Source: Azolla caroliniana (Eukaryota > Plantae > Polypodiophyta). Taken from it: a stretch of 64,000 nucleotides of DNA. The stretch covers positions 73,366 through 137,365 of the forward strand of contig JBHGNT010000066.1 of the NCBI GenBank assembly GCA_043228905.1. The letters are read 5' to 3'. Shown in pieces: positions 14,101 through 27,900 of this stretch (its first letter is position 1; every line of letters starts with the position of its first letter). The translations under genes were made by a program, and so were the position numbers. The notes under the pieces were generated by a model. The model had not been told where the DNA came from. It saw nothing but the letters and a program-made list of their open reading frames with translations, and made no database searches.

Positions 14101-17100
14101 TTTTGTGTTCAAACATGCGAATCGAAGCTAACAACGCTAGCTATGATATGGAATTCAAAAATCAAGATTTTGAAACTCAGGTCGAGAGACATGACGAAAT
14201 TACCAAATTTGAGGAGTGAGTTGAGAGGAGCCCTTGAGTAAATTAAAATGTTCATACCTGGCTCGTGTAATATCCGATTTTTGTGTTCAAACATGCGAAT
14301 TGATGCTAGCAACGCTAGCTATGATATGGAATTAATAAATCAAGATTTTTAAACTCAGGTCGAGAGACATGATGAAATTACCAAACATAGGGAGGGAGTT
14401 GAGAGGAACCCTTGAGTAAATTAAAATGTTCATACCTGGCTCGTGTGATATCGGATTTTTGTGTTCAAACATGCGAATCGAGGCTAACAACGCTAGCTAT
14501 GATATGGAATTCAAAAATCAAGATTTTGAAACTCAGGTGGAGAGACATGATGAAATTACCAAACATAGGGAGGGAGTTGAGAGGAACCCTTGAGTAAATT
14601 AAAATGTTCATACCTGGCTCGTGTGATATCGGATTTTTGTGTTCAAACATGCGAATCGAAGCTAACAACGCTAGCTATGATATGGAATTCAAAAATCAAG
14701 ATTTTGAAACTCAGGTCGAGAGACATGATGAAATTACCAAATTTGAGGAGTGAGTTGAGAGGAACCCTTGAGTAAATTAAAATGTTCATACCTGGCTCGT
14801 GTGATATCGGATTTTTGTGTTCAAACATGCGAATCGAAGCTAACAACGCTAGCTATGATATGGAATTCAAAAATCAAGATTTTGAAACTCAGGTCGAGAG
14901 ACATGACGAAATTACCAAATTTGAGGAGTGAGTTGAGAGGAGCCCTTGAGTAAATTAAAATGTTCATACCTAGCGCGTGTAATATCCGATTTTTGTGTTC
15001 AAACATGCGAATCGAAGCTAACAACGCTAGCTATGATATAGAATTAAAAAATCAAGATTTTGAAACTCAGGTCGAGAGACGTGACCGAATTAGCAAATTT
15101 GAGGAGGGAGTTGAGAGGAGCCCTTGAGTAAATTAAAATGTTCATACCTAGCGCGTGTAATATCCGATTTTTGTGTTCAAACATGCGAATCGAAGCTAAC
15201 AACGCTAGCTATGATATGGAATTAATAAATCAAGATTTTGAAACTCAGGTCGAGAGAAATGATGAAATTACCAAATTTGAGGAGTGAGTTGAGAGGAACC
15301 CTTGAGTAAATTAAAATGTTCATACCTGGCTCGTGTAATATCGGATTTTTGTGTTCAAACATGCGAATCGAAGCTAACAACGCTAGCTATGATATGGAAT
15401 TAATAAATCCAGATTTTGAAACTCAGGTCGAGAGACATGATGAAATTACCAAATTTGAGGAGTGAGTTGAGAGGAACCCTTGAGTAAATTAAAATGTTCA
15501 TACCTGGCTCGTGTGATATCGGATTTTTGTGTTCAAACATGCGAATCGAAGCTAACAACGCTAGCTATGATATGGAATTAAAAAATCAAGATTTTGAAAC
15601 TCAGGTCGAGAGACATGATGAAATTACCAAACATGAGGAGTGAGTTGAGAGGAGCCCTTGAGTAAATTAAAATGTTCATACCTGGCTCGTGTGATATCGG
15701 ATTTTTGTGTCCAAACATGCGAATCGAAGCTAACAACGCTAGCTATGATATGGCATTAATAAATCAAGATTTTGAAACTCAGGTCGAGAGAGATGACGAA
15801 ATTAGCAAATTTGAGGAGTGAGTTGAGAGGAACCCTTGAATAAATTAAAATGTTCATACCTAGCGCGTGTAATATCCGATTTTTGTGTTCAAACATGCGA
15901 ATCGAAGCTAACAACGCTAGCTATGATATGGAATTAATAAATCCAGATTTTGAAACTCAGGTCGAGAGACATGATGAAATTACCAAATTTGAGGAGTGAG
16001 TTGAGAGGAACCCTTGAGTAAATTAAAATGTTTATACCTGGCTCGTGTGATATCGGATTTTTGTGTTCAAACATGCGAATCGAAGCTAACAACGCTAGCT
16101 ATGATATGGAATTCAAAAATCAAGATTTTGAAACTCAGGTCGAGAGACATGATGAAATTACCAAACATGAGGAGTGAGTTGAGAGGAGCCCTTGAGTAAA
16201 TTAAAATGTTCATACCTGGCTCGTGTGATATCGGATTTTTGTGTCCAAACATGCGAATCGAAGCTAACAACGCTAGCTATGATATGGAATTCAAAAATCA
16301 AGATTTTGAAACTCAGGTCGAGAGAGATGACGAAATTAGCAAACATGAGTAGTGAGTTGAGAGGAGCGCTTGAGTAAATTAAAATGTTCATACCTGGCTC
16401 ATGTGATATCGGATTTTTGTGTTCAAACATGCGAATCGAAGCTAACAACGCTAGCTATGATATGAAATTCAAAAATCAAGATTTTGAAACTCAGGTCGAG
16501 AGACATGATGAAATTACCAAATTTGAGGAGTGAGTTGAGAGGAACCCTTGAGTAAATTAAAATGTTCATACCTGGCTCGTGTGATATCGGATTTTTGTGT
16601 ATGGAATTAATAAATCAAGATTTTGAAACTCAGGTCGAGAGACATGATGAAATTACCAAACATAGGGAGGGAGTTGAGAGGAACCCTTGAGTAAATTAAA
16701 ATGTTCATACCTGGCTCGTGTGATATCGGATTTTTGTGTTCAAACATGCGAATCGAAGGTAACAACGCTAGCTATGATATGGAATTCAAAAATCAAGATT
16801 TTCAAACTCAGGTCGAGAGACATGACGAAATTAGCAAACATGAGTAGTGAGTTGAGAGGAGCCCTTGAGTAAATTAAAATGTTCATACCTGGCTCGTGTG
16901 ATATCGGATTTTTGTGTTCAAACATGCGAATCGAAGCTAACAACGCTAGCTATGATATGGAATTCAAAAATCAAGATTTTGAAACTCAGGTCGAGAGACA
17001 TGACGAAATTACCAAATTTGAGGAGTGAGTTGAGAGGAGCCCTTGAGTAAATTAAAATGTTCATACCTGGCTCGTGTAATATCCGATTTTTGTGTTCAAA

Positions 17101-19567
17101 CATGCGAATTGATGCTAGCAACGCTAGCTATGATATGGAATTAATAAATCAAGATTTTTAAACTCAGGTCGAGAGACATGATGAAATTACCAAACATAGG
17201 GAGGGAGTTGAGAGGAACCCTTGAGTAAATTAAAATGTTCATACCTGGCTCGTGTGATATCGGATTTTTGTGTTCAAACATGCGAATCGAGGCTAACAAC
17301 GCTAGCTATGATATGGAATTCAAAAATCAAGATTTTGAAACTCAGGTGGAGAGACATGATGAAATTACCAAACATAGGGAGGGAGTTGAGAGGAACCCTT
17401 GAGTAAATTAAAATGTTCATACCTGGCTCGTGTGATATCGGATTTTTGTGTTCAAACATGCGAATCGAAGCTAACAACGCTAGCTATGATATGGAATTCA
17501 AAAATCAAGATTTTGAAACTCAGGTCGAGAGACATGATGAAATTACCAAATTTGAGGAGTGAGTTGAGAGGAACCCTTGAGTAAATTAAAATGTTCATAC
17601 CTGGCTCGTGTGATATCGGATTTTTGTGTTCAAACATGCGAATCGAAGCTAACAACGCTAGCTATGATATGGAATTCAAAAATCAAGATTTTGAAACTCA
17701 GGTCGAGAGACATGACGAAATTACCAAATTTGAGGAGTGAGTTGAGAGGAGCCCTTGAGTAAATTAAAATGTTCATACCTAGCGCGTGTAATATCCGATT
17801 TTTGTGTTCAAACATGCGAATCGAAGCTAACAACGCTAGCTATGATATAGAATTAAAAAATCAAGATTTTGAAACTCAGGTCGAGAGACGTGACCGAATT
17901 AGCAAATTTGAGGAGGGAGTTGAGAGGAGCCCTTGAGTAAATTAAAATGTTCATACCTAGCGCGTGTAATATCCGATTTTTGTGTTCAAACATGCGAATC
18001 GAAGCTAACAACGCTAGCTATGATATGGAATTAATAAATCAAGATTTTGAAACTCAGGTCGAGAGAAATGATGAAATTACCAAATTTGAGGAGTGAGTTG
18101 AGAGGAACCCTTGAGTAAATTAAAATGTTCATACCTGGCTCGTGTAATATCGGATTTTTGTGTTCAAACATGCGAATCGAAGCTAACAACGCTAGCTATG
18201 ATATGGAATTAATAAATCCAGATTTTGAAACTCAGGTCGAGAGACATGATGAAATTACCAAATTTGAGGAGTGAGTTGAGAGGAACCCTTGAGTAAATTA
18301 AAATGTTCATACCTGGCTCGTGTGATATCGGATTTTTGTGTTCAAACATGCGAATCGAAGCTAACAACGCTAGCTATGATATGGAATTAAAAAATCAAGA
18401 TTTTGAAACTCAGGTCGAGAGACATGATGAAATTACCAAACATGAGGAGTGAGTTGAGAGGAGCCCTTGAGTAAATTAAAATGTTCATACCTGGCTCGTG
18501 TGATATCGGATTTTTGTGTCCAAACATGCGAATCGAAGCTAACAACGCTAGCTATGATATGGAATTAATAAATCAAGATTTTGAAACTCAGGTCGAGAGA
18601 GATGACGAAATTAGCAAATTTGAGGAGTGAGTTGAGAGGAACCCTTGAATAAATTAAAATGTTCATACCTAGCGCGTGTAATATCCGATTTTTGTGTTCA
18701 AACATGCGAATCGAAGCTAACAACGCTAGCTATGATATGGAATTAATAAATCCAGATTTTGAAACTCAGGTCGAGAGACATGATGAAATTACCAAATTTG
18801 AGGAGTGAGTTGAGAGGAACCCTTGAGTAAATTAAAATGTTTATACCTGGCTCGTGTGATATCGGATTTTTGTGTTCAAACATGCGAATCGAAGCTAACA
18901 ACGCTAGCTATGATATGGAATTCAAAAATCAAGATTTTGAAACTCAGGTCGAGAGACATGATGAAATTACCAAACATGAGGAGTGAGTTGAGAGGAGCCC
19001 TTGAGTAAATTAAAATGTTCATACCTGGCTCGTGTGATATCGGATTTTTGTGTCCAAACATGCGAATCGAAGCTAACAACGCTAGCTATGATATGGAATT
19101 CAAAAATCAAGATTTTGAAACTCAGGTCGAGAGAGATGACGAAATTAGCAAACATGAGTAGTGAGTTGAGAGGAGCGCTTGAGTAAATTAAAATGTTCAT
19201 ACCTGGCTCATGTGATATCGGATTTTTGTGTTCAAACATGCGAATCGAAGCTAACAACGCTAGCTATGATATGAAATTCAAAAATCAAGATTTTGAAACT
19301 CAGGTCGAGAGACATGATGAAATTACCAAATTTGAGGAGTGAGTTGAGAGGAACCCTTGAGTAAATTAAAATGTTCATACCTGGCTCGTGTGATATCGGA
19401 TTTTTGTGTATGGAATTAATAAATCAAGATTTTGAAACTCAGGTCGAGAGACATGATGAAATTACCAAACATAGGGAGGGAGTTGAGAGGAACCCTTGAG
19501 TAAATTAAAATGTTCATACCTGGCTCGTGTGATATCGGATTTTTGTGTTCAAACATGCGAATCGAAG
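11117..19567 (+). repeat. 16-mer higher-order repeat, 2,809-bp unit, three near-identical tandem copies
   Basis: ORF offsets 11069/13878/16687/19496 are all 2,809 = 15x178+139. Marker gaaggtaac has its variant g at 11141, 13950 and 16759. The 39-bp deletion junction tgtgt|atggaa lies at 13791, 16600 and 19409. Confidence 0.96.
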
Positions 19568-20807
19568 CTAACAACGTTAGCTATGATATGGAATTCAAAA
19601 ATCAAGATTTTGAAACTCAGGTCGAGAGACATGACGAAATTACCAAATTTGAGAAGTGAGTTGAGAGGAGCCCTTGAGTAAATTAAAATGTTCATACCTG
19701 GCTCGTATAATATCCGATTTTTGTGTTCAAACATGCAAATCGAAGCTAACAACGCTAGCTATGATATGGAATTAATAAATCAAGATTCTTAAACTCAGGT
19801 CGAGAGACATGATGAAATTACCAAATTTGAGGAGCGAGTTGAGAGGAGCGCTTGAGTAAATTAAAATGTTCATACCTGGCTCGTGTGATATCCGATTTTT
19901 GTGTTCAAACATGCGAATCGAGGCTAACAACGCTAGCTATGATATGGAATTCAAAAATCCAGATTTTGAAACTCAGGTGGAGAGACATGACGAAATTAGC
20001 AAATTTGAGGAGTGAGTTGAGAGGAACCCTTGAGTAAATTAAAATGTTCATACCTAGCGCGTGTAATATCCGATTTTTGTGTTCAAACATGCGAATCGAA
20101 GCTAACAACGCTAGCTATGATATGGAATTAATAAATCCAGATTTTGAAACTCAGGTCGAGAGACATGATGAAATTACCAAATTTGAGGAGTGAGTTGAGA
20201 GGAACCCTTGAGTAAATTAAAATGTTCATACCTGGCTCGTGTGATATCGGATTTTTGTGTTCAAACATGCGAATCGAAGCTAACGACGTTAGCTATGATA
20301 TGGAATTAATAAATCAAGATTTTGAAACTCAGGTCGAGAGACATGATGAAATTACCAAATTTGAGGAGTGAGTTGAGAGGACCCCTTGAGTAAATTAAAA
20401 TGTTCATACCTGGCTCGTGTAATATCCGATTTTTGTGTTCAAACATGCGAATCGAAGCTAACAACGCTAGCTATGATATGGAATTCAAAAATCAAGATTT
20501 TTAAACTCAGGTCGAGAGACATGATGAAATTACCAAATTTGAGGAGTGAGTTGAGAGGAACCCTTGAGTAAATTAAAATGTTCATACCTGGCTCGTGTGA
20601 TATCGGATTTTTGTGTTCAAACATGCGAATCGAAGCTAACAACACTAGCTATGATATGGAATTCAAATATAAAGATTTTGAAACTCAGGTCGAGAGACAT
20701 GACGAAATTAGCAAACATGAGGAGTGAGTTGAGAGGAGCCCTTGAGTAAATTAAAATGTTTATACCTGGCGAATGTTATATCGGATTTTTGTGTAGAAGC
20801 ATGCGAG

Positions 20808-23800
20808 TCGAAGCTAACAACGCTAGCTATGATATGGAATTCAAAAATCAAGATTTTGAAACTCAGGTCGAGAGACATGACGAAATTAGCAAACATGAGG
20901 AGTGAGTTGAGAGGAGCCCTTGAGTAAATTAAAATGTTCATACCTGGCTCGTGTGATATCGGATTTTTGTGTTCAAACATGCGATTCGAAGCTAACAACG
21001 CTAGCTATGATATGGAATTAAAAAATCAAGATTTTGAAACTCAGGTCGACAGACACGACGAAATTAGCAAACATGAGGAGTGAGTTGGAAGAGCTAGTAG
21101 GTAAATTAAAATGTTCATACCTGGCTCGTGTGATATCGAAGTTTTGTGTTCAAACATGCGAATCGAAGCTAACAACGCTAGCTATGATATGGAATTAAAA
21201 TATAAAGATTTTGAAACTCAGGTCGACAGACATGACGAAATTAGCAAACATGAGGAGTGAGTTGAGAGGAGCCCTTGAGTAAATTAAAATGTTCATACCT
21301 GGCGAGTGTGATATCGGATTTTTGTGTTCAAACATGAGAATCGAAGCTAACAACGCTAGCTATGATATGGAATTAACAAATCATGATTTTGAAACTCAGA
21401 TCGAGAGACATGACGAAATTACCAAATTTGAGGAGTGAGTTGAGAGGAGCCCTTGAGTAAATTAAAATATTCATACCTGGCGAGTGTGATATCGGATTTT
21501 TGTGTACAAACATGCGAATCGAAGCTAACAACGCTAGCTATGATATGGAATTTAAAAATCAAGATTTTGAAACTCAGGTCAAGAGACATGACGATATTAG
21601 CAAACATGAGGATTCAGTTGAGAGGAGCCCTTGACTAAATTAAAATGTTCATACCTAGCGAGTGTGATATCGGATTTTTGTGTACAAACATGCGAATCGA
21701 AGCTAACAACGCTAGCTATGATATAGAATTAAAAAATCAAGATTTTGAAACTCAAGTCGAGAGACATGACGAAATTACCAAATTTGAGGAGTGAGTTGAG
21801 AGGAGCCCTTGAGTAAATTAAAATGTTCATACCTGGGGAGTGTGATATCGGATTTTTGTGTACAAACATTCGAATCGAAGCTAACAATGCTAGCTATGAT
21901 ATGGAATTAAAAAATCAAGATTTTGAAACTCAGGTCGAGAGACATGACGAAATTACCAAATTTGAGGAGTGAGGTTGGAAGAGCCAGTAGGTAAATTAAA
22001 ATGTTCATACCTGGCGAGTGTGATATCGGATTTTTGTGTTCAAACATGCGAATCGAAGCTAACAACGCTAGCTATGATATGGAATTAAAAAATCAAGATT
22101 TTGAAACTCAGGTCGAGAGACATGATGAAATTAGCAAACATGAGGGGTGAGTTGAGAGGAGCCCTTGAGTAAATTAAAATGTTCATACCTGGCGAGTGTG
22201 ATATCGGATTTTTGTGTTCAAACATGCGAATCGAAGCTAACAACGCTAGCTATGATATGGAATTCAAAAATCAAGATTTTGAAACTCAGGTCGAGAGACA
22301 TGACGAGAGACATGAGGAATGAGTTGAGAGGAGCCCTTGAGTAAATTCAAATGTTCATACCTGGCGAGTGTAATATCGGATTTTTGTGTACAAGCATGCG
22401 AGACGAAGCTAACAACGCTAGCTATGATATGGAATTCAAAAATCAAAATTTTGAAACTCAGGTCGAGAGACATGACGAAATTAGCAAACATGAGGAGTGA
22501 GTTGAGAGGAGCCCTTGAGTAAATTAAAATGTTCATACCTGGCTCGTGTGATATCGGATTTTTGTGTTCAAACATGCGATTCGAAGCTAGCAACGCTAGC
22601 TATGATATGGAATTAAAAAATCAAGATTTTGAAACTCAGGTCGAGAGACATGACGAAATTACCAAATTTGAGGAGTGAGTTGAGAGGAGCCCTTGAGTAA
22701 ATTAAAATGTTCATACCTGGTGAGTGTGATATCGGATTTTTGTGTACAAACATTCGAATCGAAGCTAACAATGCTAGCTATGATATGGAATTAAAAAATC
22801 AAGATTTTGAAACTCAGGTCGAGAGACATGACGAAATTACCAAATTTGAGGACTAAGGCTGGAAGAGCCAGGAGGTAAATTAAAATGTTCATCCCTGGCG
22901 AGTGTGATATCGGATTTTTGTGTTCAAACATGCGAATCGAAGCTAACAACGCTAGCTATGATATGGAATTAATAAATCAAGATTTTGAAACTCAGGTCGA
23001 GAGACATGATGAAATTAGCAAACATGAGGGGTGAGTTGAGAGGAGCCCTTGAGTAAATTAAAATGTTCATACCTGGCGAGTGTGATATCGGATTTTTGTG
23101 TTCAAACATGGGAATCGAAGCTAACAACGCTAGCTATGATATGAAATTCAAAAATCAAGATTTTGAAACTCAGGTCGAGAGACATGACGAAATTAGCAAA
23201 CATGAGGAGGGAGTTCAGAGGAACCATTGAGTAAATTAAAATGTTCATACCTGGCTCGTGTGATATCGGATTTTTGTGTTCAAACATGCGAATCGAAGCT
23301 AACAACGCTAGCTATGATATGGAATTAACAAATCAAGATTTTGAAACTCAGGTCGAGAGACATGACGAACTTAACAAACATGAGGAGTGAGTTGAGAGGA
23401 GCCCTTGAGTAAATTAAAATGTTCATACCTAGCGAGTGTGATATCGGATTTTTGTGTTCAAACATGCGAATCGAAGCTAACAACGCTAGCTATGATATGG
23501 AATTCAAAAATCAAGATTTTGAAACTCAGGTCGAGAGACATGACGAAATTAGCAAACATGAGGAGGGAGTTTAGAGGAACCATTGAGTAAATTAAAATGT
23601 TTATACCTGGCTCGTGTGATATCGGATTTTTGTGTTCAAACATGCGATTCGAAGCTAGCAACGCTAGCTATGATATGGAATTAAAAAATCAAGATTTTGA
23701 AACTCAGGTCGAGAGACATGACGAAATTACCAAATTTGAGGAGTAAGTTGAGAGGAGCCCTTGAGTAAATTAAAATGTTCATACCTGGTGAGTGTGATAT

Positions 23801-25612
23801 CGGATTTTTGTGTACAAACATTCGAATCGAAGCTAACAATGCTAGCTATGATATGGAATTAAAAAATCAAGATTTTGAAACTCAGGTCGAGAGACATGAC
23901 GAAATTACCAAATTTGAGGAGTGAGGTTGGAAGAGCCAGTAGGTAAATTAAAATGTTCATACCTGGCGAGTGTGATATCGGATTTTGGTGTTCAAACATG
24001 CGAATCGAAGCTAACAACGCTAGCTATGATATGGAATTAAAAAATCAAGATTTTGAAACTCAGGTCGAGAGACATGATGAAATTAGCAAACATGAGGGCT
24101 AAGTTGAGAGGAGCCCTTGAGTAAATTAAAATGTTCATACCTGGCGAGTGTGATATCGGATTCTTGTGTTCAAACATGCGAATCGAAGCTAACAACGCTA
24201 GCTATGATATGGAATTCAAAAATCAAGATTTTGAAACTCAGGTCGAGAGACATGACGAAATTAGCAAACATGAGGAGGGAGTTCAGAGGAACGTTTGAGT
24301 AAATTAAAATGTTCATACCTGGCGAGTGTGATATCGGATTTTTGTGTACAAGCATGCGAGTCGAAGCTAACAACGCTAGCTATGATATGGAATTCAAAAA
24401 TCAAGATTTTGAAACTCAGGTCGAGAGACATGACGAAATTACCAAATTTGAGGAGTGAGTTGAGAGGAGCCCTTGAGTAAATTAAAATGTTCATACCTGG
24501 CGAGTGTGATATCTGATTTTTGTGTACAAACACGCGAATCGAAGCTAACAACGCTAGCTATGATATGGAGTTAACAAATCAAGATTTTGAAACTCAGGTC
24601 GAGAGACATGACGAAATTAGCAAACATGAGGATTCAGTTGAGAGGAGCCCTTCACTAAATTAAAATGTTCATACCTAGCGAGTGTGATATCGGATTTTTG
24701 TGTACAAACATGCGATTCGAAGCTAGCAACGCTAGCTATGATATGGAATTCAAAAATCAAGATTTTGAAACTCAGGTCGAGAGACATGACGAAATTACCA
24801 AATTTGAGGAGTGAGTTGAGAGGAGCCCTTGACTCAATTAAAATGTTCATACCTGGTGAGTGTGATATCGGATTTTTGTGTACAAACATTCGAATCGAAG
24901 CTAACAACGCTAGCTATGATATGGAATTAAAAAATCAAGATTTTGAAACTCAGGTCGAGAGACATGACGAAATTACCAAATTTGAGGACTAAGGCTGGAA
25001 GAGCCAGGAGGTAAATTAAAATGTTCATACCTGGCGAGTGTGATATCGGATTTTTGTGTTCAAACATGCGAATCGAAGCTAACAACGCTAGCTATGATAT
25101 GGAATTAAAAAATCAAGATTTTGAAACTCAGGTCGAGAGACATGATGAAATTAGCAAACATGAGGGGTGAGTTGAGAGGAGCCCATGAGTAAATTAAAAT
25201 GTTCATACCTGGCGAGTGTGATATCGGATTTTTGTGTTCAAACATGCGAATCGAAGCTAACAACGCTAGCTATGATATGGAATTCAAAAATCAAGATTTT
25301 GAAACTCAGGTCGAGAGAGATGACGAAATTAGCAAACATGAGGAGGGAGTTTAGAGGAACCTTTGAGTAAATGAAAATGTTCATACCTGGCTCGTGTGAT
25401 ATCGGATTTTTGTGTTCAAACATGCGAATCGAAGCTAACAACGCTACCTATGATATGGAATTAACAAATCAAGATTTTGAAACTCAGGTCGAGAGACATG
25501 ACGAACTTAGCAAACATGAGGAGTGAGTTGAGAGGAGCCCTTGAGTAAATTAAAATGTTCATACCTAGCGAGTGTGATATCGGATTTCTGTGTTCAAACA
25601 TGCGAATCGAAG
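20808..25612 (+). repeat. Block A, copy 2
   Basis: Matches 6336-11140 apart from scattered SNPs. The offset is fully accounted for: 14,472 = 82x178 - 6 - 3x39 - 1. Confidence 0.93.
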
Positions 25613-26499
25613 CTAACAACGCTAGCTATGATATGGAATTCAAAAATCAAGATTTTGAAATTCAGGTCGAGAGACATGACGAAATTACCAAATTTGAGGA
25701 GTGAGTTGAGAGGAGCCCTTGAGTAAATTAAAATGTTCATACCTGGCGAGTGTGATATCGGATTTTTGTGTACAAACATGCGAATCGAAGCTAACAACGC
25801 TAGCTATGATATGAAATTAACAAATCAAGATTTTGAAACTCAGGTCGAGAGACATGACGAAATTAGCAAACATGAGGAGGGAGTTCAGAGGAACCATTGA
25901 GTAAATTAAAATGTTCATACCTGGCTCGTGTGATATCGGATTTTTGTGTTCAAACATGCGATTCGAAGCTAGCAACGCTAGCTATGATATGGAATTAAAA
26001 AATCAAGATTTTGAAACTCAGGTCGAGAGACATGACGAAATTACCAAATTTGAGGAGTGAGTTGAGAGGAGGCCTTGACTCAATTAAAATGTTCATACCT
26101 GCTGAGTGTGATATCGGATTTTTGTGTACAAACATTCGAATCGAAGCTAACAACGCTAGCTATGATATGGAATTAAAAAATCAAGATTTTGAAACTCAGG
26201 TCGAGAGACATGACGAAATTACCAAATTTGAGGAGTGAGGTTGGAAGAGCCAGTAGGTAAATTAAAATGTTCATACCTGGCGAGTGTGATATCGGATTTT
26301 TGTGTTCAAACATGCGAATCGAAGCTAACAACGCTAGCTATGATATGGAATTAACAAATCAAGATTTTGAAACTCAGGTCGAGAGACATGACGAAATTAG
26401 CAAACATGACGAGGGAGTTCAGAGGAACCATTGAGTAAATTAAAATGTTCATACCTGGCTCGTGTGATATCGGATTTTTGTGTTCAAACATGCGATTCG

Positions 26500-27900
26500 A
26501 AGCTAGCAACGCTAGCTATGATATAGAATTAAAAAATCAAGATTTTGAAACTCAGGTCGAGAGACATGACGAAATTACCAAATTTGAGGAGTGAGTTGAG
26601 AGGAGCCCTTGAGTAAATTAAAATGTTCATACCTGGTGAGTGTGATATCGGATTTTTGTGTACAAACATTCGAATCGAAGCAAACAATGCTAGCTATGAT
26701 ATGGAATTAAAAAATCAAGATTTTGAAACTCAGGTCGAGAGACATGACGAAATTACCAAATTTGAGGAGTGAGGTTGGAAGAGCCAGTAGGTAAATTAAA
26801 ATGTTCTTACCTGGCGAGTGTGATATCGGATTTTTGTGTTCAAACATGCGAATCGAAGCTAACAACGCTAGCTATGATATGGAATTAAAAAATCAAGATT
26901 TTGAAACTCAGGTCGAGAGACATGATGAAATTAGCAAACATGAGGGGTGAGTTGAGAGGAGCCCTTGAGTAAATTAAAATGTTCATACCTGGCGAGTGTG
27001 ATATCGGATTTTTGTGTTCAAACATGCGAATCGAAGCTAACAACACTAGCTATGATATGGAATTCAAAAATCAAGATTTTGAAACTCAGGTCGAGAGACA
27101 TGACGAAATTAGCAAACATGAGGAGGGAGTTCAGAGGAACCTTTGAGTAAATTAAAATGTTCATACCTGGCGAGTGTGATATCGGATTTTTGTGTACAAG
27201 CATGCGAGTCGAAGCTAACAACGCTAGCTATGATATGGAATTCAAAAATCAAGATTTTGAAACTCAGGTCGAGAGACATGACGAAATTACCAAATTTGAG
27301 GAGTGAGTTGAGAGGAGCCCTTGAGTAAATTAAAATGTTCATACCTGGCGAGTGTGATATCGGATTTTTGTGTACAAACACGCGAATCGAAGCTAACAAC
27401 GCTAGCTATAATATGGAATTAACAAATCAAGATTTTGAAACTCAGGTCGAGAGACATGACGAAATTAGCAAACATGAGGATTCAGTTGAGAGGAGCCCTT
27501 GACTAAATTAAAATGTTCATACCTAGCGAGTGTGATATCGGATTTTTGTGTACAAACATGCGATTCGAAGCTAGCAACGCTAGCTATGATATGGAATTCA
27601 AAAATCAAGATTTTGAAACTCAGGTCGAGAGACATGACGAAATTACCAAATTTGAGGAGTGAGTTGAGAGGAGCCCTTGACTCAATTAAAATGTTCATAC
27701 CTGGTGAGTGTGATATCGGATTTTTGTGTACAAACATTCGAATCGAAGCTAACAACGCTAGCTATGATATGGAATTAAAAAATCAAGATTTTGAAACTCA
27801 GGTCGAGAGACATGACGAAATTACCAAATTTGAGGACTGAGGCTGGAAGAGCCATGAGGTAAATTAAAATGTTCATACCTGGCGAGTGTGATATCGGATT
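26500..27900 (+). repeat. Partial, more diverged copy of the block A 3' part (offset 2,848 = 16x178 from ~23650-25050)
   Basis: ORF offsets 24117/26965, 24295/27143, 24617/27465. Shared markers aagcatgcgagtc, aacacgcg, gactcaatt. Confidence 0.8.
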
